Part shown: positions 1-14,700 of the stretch, piece by piece
How positions within the stretch are numbered: position 1 is the stretch's first letter
Layout of the letters: each line of letters opens with the position of its first letter
Assembly: GCF_036588685.1 (NCBI RefSeq)
Contig: NC_086385.1
Location: 45,717,216 to 45,781,215 of the forward strand
Direction: 5' to 3'
DNA: 64,000 nucleotides
Source: Mytilus trossulus
Taxonomy: Eukaryota
Notes under the pieces: model-generated
Told to the model about the DNA's origin: nothing
What the model saw: the letters and a program-made list of their open reading frames with translations, nothing else
Database searches by the model: none
Translations under genes and position numbers: made by a program

Positions 1-1721
1 GAATAATATCGGATTTTTTAGCTTGTATTTAAAGATAATGTCCAAGACGAATAACCAAGAAGTTGGTTATTGACTTCGGAAGAAATTATATAACGATAAT
101 ACTATTGAAAAGCCCGAGTGTACCGATTGTTGTTTAAAGCTATTTATGCGTCTGGGTTATCCAGACTACTAATATATTTGTTCCTGGTCCGAGTTAGCAT
201 GTTACACTCTCAAAGATGGCGGGAGATGTTCTTTTTAATGAATTTTTAAAGTTGATGAGTTGACTATCCATACATATAGAAGATTTATTATCGTGTGTAC
301 TCCATTTCAAGGCATTTGTACTCAATGGTTCTCCAAGATAGTTGAGGAATAATACTACAACACTAAATAGAACAGAACATTTGAATTTTCAAATTCTATG
401 CCAGTTGAGATAAATTTAAAACTACCATTTCCGTACTCGTTAGTCTGTTCTTCAAAATCATTGATCGGATTTAAACTGTCTCTTAGAAAATTAAGAATGC
501 ATTTAGCATTTTTGTCTAGATTAAGGTAAGTTCTTGTGTAACATTTATAAATTTCTACTTTGGTGAAACATTTAATTGTAAACCGGGTACAAACGAAAGA
601 ACTTTAGTCATAACAAGGATTTGAATAGTAACTATATATAGATACAAATCCTTGGTCATAATAAGTAGTCCGACATAAAGCTATATAAATATAGTTACAG
701 AGTCGGTATATGCATTACACGTTGAAGTAAACATAAGCTCTGAAGAACTTTTAAAAGGTCAAAACTTTCAGAGTACAAAGTAATAGAATATATATAATTA
801 ACATGATTAAGAAGATGTGGTATGAGTGCCAATGAGACAACTCTCCATCCAAAAGGAAAGTCATAATTTGTAATTTAGAAAAAAACATTTTTATATGTCA
901 AAGTATGTGCCGTTATTTCCTAAGTCAGGAAAAACTATTAGTTCAGGTAAAATCCACAATTTGACATGATGACATGTAATGCTTCTGTCTTCTGGTGCTG
1001 TTTTTTTTTGAAAATGTTGACTAATGTCTGAAAAAAGGCGTGGATCCAAGGGAGGGGTGTAAATCACAAATTAATGGATTTTTACTACTGGTTGTTGTAT
1101 CCTTGAGTTTTCAGCAGTCCCAACTTCAATTTTTAGTTGAAATGAACAACAAGAGACTATGATCACATCTGGATAAAAAATAGATCATGTAGATGAAAAC
1201 TCAGAATTTATAAGTAGGAAAATGAAAATCATATACACATGACACACTGATACATGAGTTTTTAAGTTGGTTTATAATTCATCACTTTGTCAAAATCATT
1301 TCCATGCCATCCATTGCCATCACTAAGTAAGAAAGGTAAGTGACCACTTTGAATGTAGAAAGAAACATTGTAGAGCCACAGTCAAACCAGCACTTAATTC
1401 TCTTTCAAATCTCACCACTTCTCCCCAAGATTCTGAAGTAGTGCATGGTGAGCCCTGCAATGCACATGTTACATACATACATGTACATGTACTGAGTGGA
1501 AGACACATTGGTGGCCTTGGGCTGTTGTCTCTTTTAGATACTCCACATTTCCATTCTCAATTTTACACAGTATGTTTCTCTTAAACAAGATGTGTCAGAA
1601 AGACACAAATAACTGGGAGCAAGTCAACTAATTGCAAATTTCTATCATTGATAAAATTATACACATTATAAATACATGTAAATGAAATACATATACATGT
1701 ATATACAAAATATAAATTATA

Positions 1722-1895
1722 AGTCTAAACATCAGCCCAACAATGTTAGATCTGTAAATTTGCAGAAGCAAATTAAACATTTGTTCTTAAAATCAATTCC
1801 CTGGTTTGGATTTGAACTCATTCTTCTGAGATATTGTGGAACTAAATCACCTTGAACTATGCCCGATGTGCTAGACCACTCAACAACCTAGGCTC
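1722..1895 (-). mobile_element. Degenerate tRNA-derived SINE (same family as 8275-8440)
   Basis: gtctaaacatcagcccaacaatgttagatctgtaaatttgc is the reverse complement of the 3' part of the 8275-8440 element; decayed B-box at ~1808-1820. Confidence 0.65.
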
Positions 1896-4661
1896 TACAA
1901 CATGTACAATAATCAATCTTTCGATGGTTTGATCAGCTGAATTATCTAGAGTGTTGAACTGTTCTCCATTTTTCACTTAAGCCCTACTAAGGTGTGTGTT
2001 TTGAAAAAATCACTTGCAACCGAGTGTTTTTTTTTGTGTTTTAACATGTATATTTCCAATAATGTATTTGGTCTATAATGTTCCCCATCAGCATCATCAT
2101 CTGCTTTTCTTTCTGATTTATAATAAACACAATCATGATGATAAAGAAAACATTGAAAATTGAAAATCCTCCATTTTCATCAATGAAAACAAATCAGAGA
2201 GTTGTGATAAGTATTAAAATTTTTATGGTGTGGAACCGAAAAGAATCAAGAATTAAAAAAACCACACTGATCTATCGTAAACAATGGTAAAGGATCTTAC
2301 AAATTAATGCAGGATGCAGTCACTGAAAGCTTTCTCATTGTAAAGCATTTCTTCATCTAATGTTGTATGTCCTGTATAAACTTAAATGCAAGTGTGTTAT
2401 AATAATAACATGTACATGTATATATTTAGCTTTAAAACTATGAAACTTAGTAACAACAAATAATAATTATGTTCTACGTGTAACATAATATGACTGCAGG
2501 GGTCGACATCTGAACAATTGGGGCAAATGGACACAATATTCAAGATTGTTATATACTGTCCAGATGTCATAGCATATATATCCATTTATACATTCATGTA
2601 TAAATTATTGCTTTCTCAATTTCTTGAATGTTATTTATGTTAAAATTTTTGTAGTGTATAAAAGAAACACAAAAATGTCTATTATAGTAGAGTATGGTCC
2701 TCTGCTGTACATACATGTAGCGTGCAACCACAGGACATGCATTTATAGATAGGGGATGATTACAGTTTTAGCTCAACATAAATACAAATATATTTATTGT
2801 AACTACATAAACATGATAAAGTCCGTGTAAAACAAGAGTTGTAAATGCTTGGTATGACAGATTTAAAAACTAGTAAATAAGTGAAATTTTAGTACAGAGT
2901 TAATACATGTAGGTGCATGCACGACGTACATGTACCAATCCCCTTTGTTCAAGTGCATGGCTACCTTAATCACTTCTAAGTTTTTATGCCCCTCCTACAA
3001 TAATATGAACCCCGAAAAAAAATCCCTTCCCCTAAATGTTTTGAATCCTTTAATTTCTTAGAGCAAATACTCCCAAACTCAATCCCAGGCCACATTTAAA
3101 AGAATGTCTGTTTCCCCTCCCCCGTCATAGCATATACATGTGATATATGCATGGTCACATGAATGGTTTGACTTGTCCAGTGAAGCCACTTATCAGTTTT
3201 TTGCTCAATTTGATCAATCCTGTACTATTCAAAATTCATTGAAACCAATTAATTTCTGGAATATAAATATATTCAATTTTGTTGTGGAAAATAATGTTTT
3301 GACCCATGGGCTTATTTTTTACCTGGATGGGGAGAGGGGTAACAAACATATTTTTTATGTTTGCCCCAGCCTTTCCTTTGTTATATTTATACAATTTTTG
3401 AGAGATCCATACACTTATATTTATTAAACATGTTAAACACAAGTACTCTTGAACATGTTGAAACTAGAAAAATGCTTACAAGTTACATTGCGCTTTTTGT
3501 GTCCCTTATTCCTGCATGTTTAGGGCAATTACCCCAATACTCAATCCAAGCCTTCCCTTTGTGATATAACCAGATTATACGACCGCAGAGGTCCAACTCT
3601 GAACAGTTGGGGCAAGTATGGACACAACATTCAAGCTTGATATAATACAGCTCTGAATTTGAATTGTGATTAAATAGTTGACACAGCAAAGGTTTCTGAC
3701 ACAGAATGTATGTGGTCTAATGAACTTTAAAAAAAAATGTTTTTGACATGTTTGAGCAATACACTATGCTGTTGAATTCCCCTAAAACAAAATATTTGGA
3801 AAAATATCTTTTAAATTTCTGAAATCTGAAATTAGAAAAATGAGATCCATCAAGTTATTGTCTTGAAACTACAAAATGAATCCACACCTTCTTCAAGTTC
3901 ATGTGATATCAATTAACATTGTGGTACTATTTCAGAGCAATAGGAAAACTTATGACACTTATATTAAACAAGTAACTTCATGTTATCTAATATTAAACAA
4001 GTAACTTCATGTTATCTACAATGTATCATGAAACTAGAAAAAATCTTGTGTTGTGGGCCTCTAATTCATTTAATTCCTAAAAGGTTGGGCCCATCAGTCC
4101 CAAAATCAATCCCAACCTTATATTTGGGGTAAATGTATTAAACCCAGGTTTTCCCTACCAATAAATACTTTGCCAACCCTGGACCTAAAACATGTACATG
4201 ATGTACACGCATGTACAAGCTAGGTTCTTTTAATTTAAGATCATTGTTTTATTTCAAAGTTAAACCCAGGTTCTTACTTCATTGTGTACATGATAATATA
4301 AATTCTTCTTTATTACATATACAAAGTATTAACATGTACATGAAGGTAAATTAAAATATAACCCTGAAACTTTTTGCACTTTGGGCATATAACATGTACA
4401 AATGTATAAGCTGAAAAGTGACTTTTTTACAAAATTTCTATCTAATAAAAGTGAAAATCATTTCTTCTCATGTAGTTGACAAATAATAAAACCAATAGAT
4501 CATTCAAAGAAGTTGTCAATGTAAAATTCAAAATTTGCTGAAATTCATCTCTTAAAGGCCACAGACTACAATTAATTCCTCTTTCAGTCCTTATAATGTT
4601 TTGTATCATTAAACAAATTCCACCATGCTTTGTCATTTTTGTGTGTGTAATGTACATGATG

Positions 4662-6121
4662 TATATAGAGAATAATACATGGCAAAATCCGTATCATATG
4701 AATATCATCCCGAGACATCAATATCAGCCCGAGGGCCTTTAGGCCCGAGGGATGATATTGGTCGAGGGTGATACAGCATGTGATACGGATTTTGCCATGT
4801 ATTATACGCTTTATCATATATTTCAACAGAAGAGTATTATAGTATATGAACTGTTTTCTGATCCATAGCACTGGGTTACCTTCAGTTCTGCTTTTGTCTT
4901 GTTTCAAAGCTTTAAAATAACTGCTTTATACGAAGCACCTATGTTACCTTACAATCTGTTGTTTTGAAAATATTTTGTTCATTATTGTATAAATTTAAGT
5001 GTTTTGTATTTTTTATAGTTGCATTGAGTGTGCCAAAAAATATGTTGTAAAAACTTGATGTTTGTGACGTCACATACAATATGAAAACTTGATGTACGTG
5101 ACGTAACATACCAAACAATGACGTCATTCCAAAAAATTACCTATTTTTAGAAAAAAAATTCTTAAGCTAAAAAAAACCCTAAAAACTGAGTTTTAGTTAT
5201 AAAAAAAAAAAAAAAAAAAAAGTATGTGATACGGGTTTTACCATGCGATACAGGGTATGCGATACGGGTTTAGCCATGCGATACCGGGTATGCGATACAG
5301 GGTAGGTGATACAGACTGGAAAAAAGAACCTTTATTAGATATACAAAATAGCTGTATTTTATACTAAATATATGATAAAAATACTATATACATTTTTGTA
5401 TATATATTTATCATATATTTAGTTCAAAATACAGCTATTTTGTATATCTAATTAAGGTTGTTTTTCCAGTCTGTATCACCTACCCTGTATTGCATACCCC
5501 GTATCCCATAGCTAAACCCGTATCGCATGGTAAAACCCGTATTGCATACCTTTTTTTTTTTTTTTTACATAAAGTAAGTTTTTTGTTGTTTTTTTTGCTT
5601 AAGAAAAAATTTCCTCAAAATAGGTCATTTCTTTTAATGACGTCATTGTTTGGTATGTACAATGTAACGTCAAGAACGTCAAGTTTTCATATTGTATGTG
5701 ACGTCACGAACATGAAGTGTGCATATTTTTTGGCACACTAAATGCAACTATAAAAAATAAAAAAAACACTCAAATAAATACAATAATAAACAAAATATTT
5801 TTAAAACAGCAGCAGGCAAATAGTAAGGTAACCCAGGTGCTTTGTATAAGCATTTATTTTATGGCTTTGAAACATTAGACAAAAGCAGAACTGAAGGTAA
5901 CCCAGTGCTAATCTATGGATCAGAAAACAGTTCATATAATATAATACTCTTCTGTTGAAATATATGATAAAGCGTATAATACATGGCAAAATCCGTATCA
6001 CATGCCGTATCACCCTCGACCAATATCATCCCTCGGGCCTAAAGGCCCTTGGGCTGATATTGTTGTCTCGGGATGATACGACATATGATACAGATTTTGC
6101 CATGTATTATTCTCTATATAT
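4662..6121. mobile_element. Foldback / long inverted-repeat non-autonomous element with ~135-bp terminal hairpins (Crypton-like or MITE)
   Basis: 4662-~5378 is an imperfect reverse complement of ~5407-6121, with a ~28-bp AT spacer. Each outer end has its own hairpin (ataatacatggcaaaatccgtatca...gcccgagggcctttaggcccgagg...tgatacggattttgccatgtattat). Flanked by TA runs. Confidence 0.8.
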
Positions 6122-6367
6122 ACAGTAGCTAGTCCAAATATATATTCAAAATTCAGAAAGCATATATATACATGCAATGGACTGTGAAACTTTTTCATAA
6201 GATTTTTATTTTCATTTATTTACTTTTTATTTGTCTCTAGATAATAAAATGACGACTGTAACCCAAAGATACTTTCATTTATATAAAATATACATCTACA
6301 ACAATGGGCAATTTATCAATTTTTAAAAACATTAGTTAAACTAGCTTTAATTTACAACCCAACAAAT

Positions 6368-6497
6368 GGAAGTTTTCTTAACAACTTTGACTAGCTGTAC
6401 AGCCCTTGCACGGTCGGCTGTTTAAAACCCCAAAAATAGAAGTTTTTAACGACCTTGACTGGCTATACAGCCCTTGCGCGGTAGGTTTAAAACCCTA
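6368..6497. repeat. Two tandem ~70-bp units
   Basis: gaagttttt..aac.ac.ttgact.gct.tacagcccttgc.cggt..g..tttaaaaccc occurs twice. Confidence 0.7.
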
Positions 6498-7557
6498 ACT
6501 TGTCAAACTCTTTAATATAAATTTCAATTTAAGCCTTGAAAAGAGGTATACAACCCTCAAATAATTTCCAAATTATTATTTTCCTATTTGTCCTTAGACA
6601 TTTAAAATCATTTAATTATCATCCTCTTGGGTTATTTGTTCAATAATATATATGGACCATAATTTGGTATTAGGCCTTTGGTTTCTTTTTGTATCCTTTT
6701 TTATAAGTTCTAAAATTTTAACTTTTATTTTGTGGGTTGTGTTGCAAATGTGTTGGACCGTTGGTGTTAGAATAGTATGAATGGAACAATTGAGTTTTTC
6801 GAGAAAAAATTAATACATTTTGATTCACCATTTACGTGACATGAAACCAAACAGGAAACCAATCTTTATTTTCTTTATTTTGCACAATATAATTCAAAAG
6901 GCATAAATAAACACCATTACTAGTGTTACTTGCTTCATGTTAATATTTAAAATCTATTTTCAATGTTATATTAAAGGTTTTTTTAAACCTGACAGGAAAC
7001 CATAAGAAACCGAAAGCATTTTTTTAGTTTTATTTTATTGCAAAATCTGCTTAAAATAATCTGAACAGTATACTTTTTTCTTAAAATCCATCTTAAATGT
7101 AACAGTATTATAAAACTCCTAAATATGTGCTTGTTTTGAAAACAATTAGTACAATTTATTCAGAATTTTCCATATTTTCTTCATTGATACAGGATACCAT
7201 AATCGTTGTCATGATCTTGATGTTTAAACCAAAAAAATGTATTTATATTTGGTTTTGATAATCCAGTTATATACAATTTATTCCAAATCATTGGCAATGT
7301 AACATTCTTTAAATCCAGTAAAGAAAAAAAACCTTTTAACTTGGAATTAAAATCTTTAAAATAGGCACAATGTGATACTTGTGACCTGTACACCATCTAC
7401 ATGGTTTCCACATTTTAACCTACTTTAGTGGGCTTCATGAAATATCTCATACACAGGATTTTTTTCTCTTCAACAGAGGACGGGAGAAGACCCCTGAAAT
7501 AGGATTATTGTACTCCCGTCGGGAGCTTACATGCTTGAGAAAGATTGAAGCAATCAC

Positions 7558-8129
7558 TTTTCATATATTTTGTTTATCAAAAATATATACCTTGCCATAT
7601 ATTAATGAACAAAAAACAGACCTATAGAAATATTTGGATATTTTTCATCTTCTTGTACATTAGAGTTTACAAATAAAAATTGAGGTCCCGCTCATTTTAC
7701 GTTTTTATTTAGATGCAATGCAATGCTTTCCCAATAAATTCTTCACTCCTCTATTTGCCCCTTTTATTATGAAGAAATTTCAATTTGAAAAGACAATAAA
7801 TATTGTTTTATCAGATAATGTAGTAACACTTCAGAGTAACACTTCAGATAGTATCACTTTTAATGAGTTTACATTAATTAAAAACTGATTTGTCATTCCC
7901 TCTTGAAGGACGCTGCTATGAAATTTCTTCAAATGTTTCATGTATGCAAACCTTTCAATGTTAATTAGGTGGAAATGTCAAAATGATTGGATTTATTGCA
8001 TCTATAACTGACCTCAGTGGAAATACCACATTGAATAAATAGAGTTTAATTGGTTTGACAAATAGCTGATGCATTTACAACTGAGGTTTAACTGCATCAA
8101 AAATAAATAGGAACATTTGATTAGTTTCA
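7558..8129 (+). repeat. Dispersed ~570-bp repeat; inverted copy at 45808-46370
   Basis: Long exact shared blocks, e.g. gtggaaataccacattgaataaatagagtttaattggtttgacaaatagctgatgcatttac and its reverse complement at ~45860-45920. Confidence 0.85.
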
Positions 8130-8274
8130 GATACTTATAATATATATCCAGCAAGTGATAATATCAACCTATTGATATATATAATCTGAATTTCTCACCC
8201 TTTTCATATATCATGATGCATGAAATAGTGACCTATTCCAGCAGCTCATTCCTACCAGTCTTTACATAGGAAGT

Positions 8275-8440
8275 GCCGATATCACAGTAGAATGGTTTCG
8301 GACGGCTGCAGTGCAGGTGATTTGGTGTCACGATATCACAGTAGCATGGGTTCGAATCCCGGCAAGGGAAGAACCAAAAATTTGCGAAAGCAAATTTACA
8401 GATCTAACATTGTTGGGTTGATGTTTAGACGAGTTGTATA
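8275..8440 (+). mobile_element. tRNA-derived SINE
   Basis: A-box-like tagaatgg, perfect B-box GGTTCGAATCC (~8350), family-specific 3' body ending in (TA)n; second copy at 1722-1895. Confidence 0.75.
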
Positions 8441-10538
8441 TGCATATATATATATATATACTCATCCATATACATTCCCAAAAATGTAAATGTTACCTTT
8501 TTGCACTTTGCCTAATCACTCATTCCATATATCATGTACAGTATATATCAAAATCAGTTTAAATACAACATTCAAAAATTTATTTCACTTCCATTTTTGA
8601 CTTCTCTTCTTTGAGCCCCCCATTTTTGGGAAAAAAATTGGTTGCTTATATAAGGAATCATTTAAGCGTGAACGCAGCAGACCCCCTCTTAAGTAGGCGG
8701 TCAGTGGGCCCCCACTTATGAAAATTCTTGGATCCACCACTGAGCACACCAGAGAAAAATTGTTAAAGCATGTTTTTACATCTCAAAACTTGGGAATTTT
8801 TGTGGAATTGATCATCATTATACAAGTAAATTTTTGAGAAAATTAAGGGGAGATTATTCGAAGTGTAACCTGCCAGTCATGCTTCAGTGTTTCCCAATAT
8901 AATTAACCAAATTTCACCCAGAATTAACCTATGTATGTTATTTAGATCTCAAAGCTACATGTAGCAAGAATCATATGATTGCTTACAAAACTAATTTCTG
9001 ACTTGATTTTTTTTCCATACATGTCTTGAATTCACTTTGTAAGTAGTGACTATTGATAAATCATAATTTTTCTTTCATAAATATGTGATAAACTGGCGCT
9101 CCTTACATAATTACTGTGCATCCAAGTCACAATATGTAAAAGTTAACCATTATACATAGATCAAAGTATGGTCTTCAACATGGAGGCTTGGCTGCTCACA
9201 GAGAACAGCAAGTCATAGAGGACCCCAGAATTGATTACTATACATGCTATAGAGGACCCCAAAAATTATAAGTGTAAAAACAAAACAAAAAAAATCAACC
9301 ATCTAATCTATAATTTATAACAAGAAACACTTATGAACCATATAAAAAAAAACATCAGCTACTTATATATACTGAACATCAGGTTCCTGACTTGTGTCAT
9401 GAGCAGATTTACTGGATTGCATCGTACTGCTGATGGGTTATTGTCTTTTGTAAACTAAATGATTGATCAACAATATTTTTCTGTATGCAGTGAACCTTTT
9501 TAAAACTATTAAACATCTCATTAACACTTTGATCACTGCACAGTGCAAGTCTTGTAAACGTGATGAAAGATAGAAAACAAGTGTGCACTAGTCAGTGTTT
9601 TAGAACATTTATATAAAAATGAGGATATGTGATATAACTGTCAATATGACAACTATCCACCAAGTCCAAATGAGGTGATTGTAAGCAATTATAGGTAACA
9701 GTACGGACTTCAACAATGAGTAAAACCCATAGCGTATATAGTCAGCTTTATAAGGCCCATGCAGACATGATTAACATTAGCAGTGATTAGTCCAAATAAT
9801 TATGACGACTGGCAAGCTATTTTATTTTTTTTCTGGGACAGCTTCCTTTGTGTAGTCTTGCCAGACGTCATAATTATTTGAACTAGATTAACATTAAGAA
9901 AACTAACCGCCTTATTTAATAATTTATAACAATTTACGAAAAAAAACAAATATGACAGACAAGAACCATGCAATACAACCATTGAACCACCAATTTATAC
10001 AGAATGACAATTTGATAAACATTTAATTTTAAATTTAAGAATTATCTATCAGTCTGACAAGACTTATTGTGAAAGCGAGGTTTCCATCATTTGTCCATTA
10101 TGAAACAAACGTCATAATTATTTGAACAACAGTACTTGGCCGAAAGTATTTGTCACCTTCATTTTTTTGCCATCTTCTTCCGAATACGGGAGTAGACTCC
10201 TAGGTAGGAGTGTAAAACTCCATCTATTCATATAAAAATTCATTTTTTTTTAAATATTTTGAGGGCATTTATGGTTGGATTTTGATTAACAAGGCCTTTA
10301 AAGACGTAGAATTGTCTAAAGTATGTTTGTTTATTTGGTAATAGTTTTGTCCGCTGGTGTTTTTGTTTTCTATTGATATGAACACATACAATAAATTTTT
10401 ATAATCTAATTTGGTTGGATATTGTGAATTTCTGAACAGAAAATAATATTTTGTGTTTATCATGTGAAAAAATAAAAATGATCCACAAAACAACATGAAC
10501 AATATATATATATATATATAACCAAATAAACCTGTGAC

Positions 10539-10925
10539 AATAAACCACTTTCGAGTTCATCCGTCACCGGAAAAATTTTATCAATTATACACGCCTTTAT
10601 GACGTCATTTACCAGATAAAGGGGGTTGCCTGTATCCCTACACTATTAACGTTCATCAAGCGTCTTCGTGATCGTCATAGTGCAGGATAAACTAGAAATA
10701 ATTATTGTTCTGTAGGTACTTAATGACAATTCCCTAATAACAGCAGTGCTGATCGACAATTTTGAGAATTCAATTTGCGGAATAATTTGTACAATATAAA
10801 GTTATAGTTTTACAACCACTCGCTCAACATTGGAATGGAAGTGACGACGCCCCTAAACGTACAAATGACGTTCACTAAAACCAAAGTTTTTGACGGTAAT
10901 GCATCAAACTCAAAAGTTGTCTATT
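10539..10925. mobile_element. MITE (~385 bp) with imperfect ~19-bp TIRs
   Basis: 5' AATAAACCACTTTCGAGTT versus 3' AACTCAAAAGTTGTCTATT; GC/CpG-richer interior; no ORF. Confidence 0.6.
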
Positions 10926-11238
10926 GTTGGTGCAACACAGTATCTATTCTCCTTCTATTCGCAAAAATGAACCAAGATATTTTTTTTGAAAAAAGTAGTT
11001 TTATATAAAATAGATAATATATATAGGAAAAAATCTCAAGTGACGAATACTTTTGGCCAAACTCCTGTAATTATGTCGCGGTGGGTTACGCTAAACATGA
11101 TAAATGTTCCAATCAAATGGGGCGAACGCTCTGTCAACACCCTCCCCTCCACCTGTTTTGTCTGTTATTTTGTGGAGTAAGGTTTGAGGTGTATAACGCA
11201 ACTGTTGTTCATTGTTTATGATCTGACAGGGGAATATA

Positions 11239-11313
11239 TAGTCCGAGATTACTCTTGACGTCCGACGGCTGTTTAGCCAGACAAGCTGGGGCCGTCAGAG
11301 TAATCTCGGACTA
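11239..11313. mobile_element. 75-bp miniature DNA transposon, 17-bp perfect TIR, 8-bp TSD
   Basis: TAGTCCGAGATTACTCT...AGAGTAATCTCGGACTA, flanked by GGAATATA at 11231-11238 and 11314-11321. Confidence 0.9.
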
Positions 11314-11771
11314 GGAATATACTGATAGGGTTATGATAAACTTTACCAGACGACAGCCATGACACTTCTTCAATGAGTAGATTCCTCCGATATCAGAGCA
11401 CCTGTGTCATACGTTATGAATTCATGACAAATCGCCACACTGTCAAATCGCCCCACACTTAAGTCCTGAAAAAAATCAAGTCCTATACAGTATAATACGG
11501 TTTACCTGTGTGTTTCCTTTAAACAATCAATATCTGAAGACCTTCACATGTCTAAAAACACACATCAATTTCATTGGTTGGCTTTTTTAAATCACGTATT
11601 GACCTTTTTAAAATCTGATAAAATAGTCATTTCCATCAAAAGTGTTTAATCAAAGAGAGGTAACTCAAGTTTATTTTGTTTGCCCACATGTAACTCGATT
11701 CAAGCCCTTTCCGTGTCCGATTTTCTCCCACACGCTCTAACATGTGGGCTAACCCGAATAATTCAGTCGTT

Positions 11772-14700
11772 ATAAGATAAGATATGATAACTTTATTATC
11801 ACTAACACATTGACAATAAATGGTTATGGCAACACATTAAAGACTAAATACAATAACATATATACAATGAAGGAGTGACAGTGGATAATTATGAGAGATA
11901 TATTTAAAAAAAAAAATGAGAAGCATATACATTATTACAGAAATCAAGTACCTTTTAATAATGAGTTTCTCACCAACAAGCATTCATTCAAATAGTTGAC
12001 AACAATTTTTAATATTGTTTGGGAATTATTATTTAGAATTGATATAAGCAAGTTATATGACAAATGTATGATAAGGAAGGAAATTTGCTGTTCAATAGAA
12101 CATTATATTTAATTTTTTAATAAGGTTATCTCTCACATATTTATAGGAGGAACATTTTAAAAGAAAGTGAAGTTCATCTTCAATGTCTCCATTGTTGCAG
12201 CAAAGACATACCCTACTCTGCTTTGGTATTTTTAGATATCGCCCTCTTTCAATAGATAAAGTATGAGCGCTTTTAACCTCAATTTACATAATGTTGATCT
12301 ATCACTTTTGGATTTGCATTGATCAACATACGATGGTTTTTTATTTGGTTTATAAAGTATATTAAAAAAAATCATTTTTTTATTTTGATTGATGTCAGTT
12401 TCTTGCTTTTGGAAGGCTATATCATTGATTCTTTCTTGAATGGGTTTTAAATACACCTTAATATCAATAGGATTTAGATTAATAAAATGAAATCCAAGTC
12501 TTGAAATGAGATTTTTCATATTTATTATCCAAGAGTTATTTTTTTCAGTTGCTTTATAAATTTTTAGGGCTAGTGAATTATTTGATTCAAGTATATGAAG
12601 CCAATATTTTATTGCTGAAAATTCTATTTTGGTATACATAGGCAATCTATTTAGCTCGGCTAAACATGCAGCATTTGATGCTTTACAATGTATTCCTAGA
12701 ATTTCTTTAATGAATTTATACTGCAAGTGTTCAAAGGGATCTGAATCCCTGTGCTGTTTGCCTATTCCCCATACTTCACTACCGTATAGAGCAATAGGCA
12801 CAACTAGGTAGTCAAATAATTTTTCTAATAGCTTGCATTGGTTATTAAGTCCAATTGGTTTTTTTATTTTAAAAAGTGCTTTTCTACCCTTTTCAACAAG
12901 CAATGAGCTGCACAGATTTAGATTTCCTGTGTGCTGCCAGTGTCATGCCAAGGTAGCAGTATGATTTGACAGTTTCCAGGAATTCGTTATTATATTTAAA
13001 AAAAATATTATGGGTTTTTCCATTTGAGTTAATATAATGACTTTTGATTTGTTTATGTTGACTTCTAGTTTCCAGCATTTAAAAAAATCACTAAGAACAT
13101 TTAAAGCTGTTTGTAGTCCCTTTTCAGAATTTGATAATAAAACTATATCATCTGCAAATAAAAGGGAATTTATTGTTGTATCTCCAATTACAATGGGATC
13201 TGTATTAGCATCTTGGAGACTTTTTACCAAATTATTTATGTAAAGATTAAATAATAAAGGACTAAGAACATCTCTCTGTTTAACGCCACGGTTGGAGATA
13301 AATTCTTCACTGAGACCATTTTGGAATTTAATTCTACATGTAGTATCGTCATACATAGAATGAATTATATTAAAAAGTTTACAGGGTAATTTAAGTTCTA
13401 AAAGGATATAAAATAATCCATTTCTCCAAACTGTGTCAAAGGCCTTTCTGAGATCAACAAAGGCAGCAAGCACCTTCTGTTTCTTATTTTTCTTTTGTTC
13501 TATAATAGATTTCAAGGTGAATATTTGATCTGAGGTACGGGATTTTTCTTTAAATCCAATTTGGTTTTCACTAATAATGTTGTTGTTCATTCATGAATTT
13601 TGTAATTCTAATATATATAATTTTATTTAATAATTTTCCAAGATTGGAGGTTATAGAAATACCTCTGTAATTTGAAGGGTCTAGCTTATTGCCCTTTTTG
13701 TGTATTAATGAAATGAAACTTTCATTCCATATCTTGGGAAATGTTCCTTCTTTGAAGATTAGGTTAAATAATTTAGTTAAAGGGTCAACTAGTACAGGTA
13801 AACCATATTTAATCATTTCATTTGAAATCAAGTCCTTTGCACTGGATTTGCCATTTTTTAAGGTTTTAGAGACTTTGATTATTTCATCTGATGTTATTGG
13901 TTGGTTATAGGACATATTTATATTATTGTTTTTTAGTGCAGTTATTAGCTCATCTAATTTTTTAAGGATAGTTTGGTGAAATTTATTGTCCTTTGGTTGA
14001 GCTTCACAAGAATTTAAATTTTTGAAGAAGTTATAGAATGTTTGCTCGTCTAGTTTTTCAGTAGTATTATTTTCTGATGCTCGTTTCAATTTATTAAGTA
14101 AGTCCCAGAAGGATTTTGGGTCATTTTTGATATTATTGGACAGATCTGAACATATTTTATTCTTGTATAATTTTTCTTCTTGTTTACATTTTCGCCTCAA
14201 TTTTGAGCGATAAGAGTAGTATTCTTTTCTGTAAGCTCCATTAAATGGAAATTTATTAATAAGAAAGGCATAGTGCTTAACAGTTTTATATAAGTCATCA
14301 CATGAACCTGAAAACCAGGGTTTTCTTTTTGGTTTATTTGTTTGCTTTTTAAGGCGCCCTTTGATAAATTTGACCGAAGCCAAAGCTGTTTCTTGAAGAA
14401 TTGTGTTAAAGTCATTAACAGCCTCATTACAATTTAAGTATTTTCTACTGAGAAATTTTCTGAGTTTGGTACTAGTATTTTTATCCTGTATAAGGGTAGA
14501 GTAACGATTTATAGCTTCTGAATCCCATACAAATTTACCTGGGAGTGGTTTTAAATATGCTTGTTGGGTTTTAGTATTGTCATAAAAAGATGTTAACAAG
14601 CTACAGCTTATTGCACAATGATCTGATAATGTTGTAAAGTCGTGCACAGTAAAACTATTTATGGCATAAACATGTAATAAATTTGCAGATGCAACTGCAT

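Noticed and set aside
1250-2370. Minus-strand exon-like segments (~1325-1457, ~2050-2371)
   Set aside because: Splice-like acceptors exist, but frames contain stops and no recognisable domain.
8275-8365. Functional tRNA gene
   Set aside because: B-box present but no clean cloverleaf; it continues into a repeat body found elsewhere, so it is a SINE.
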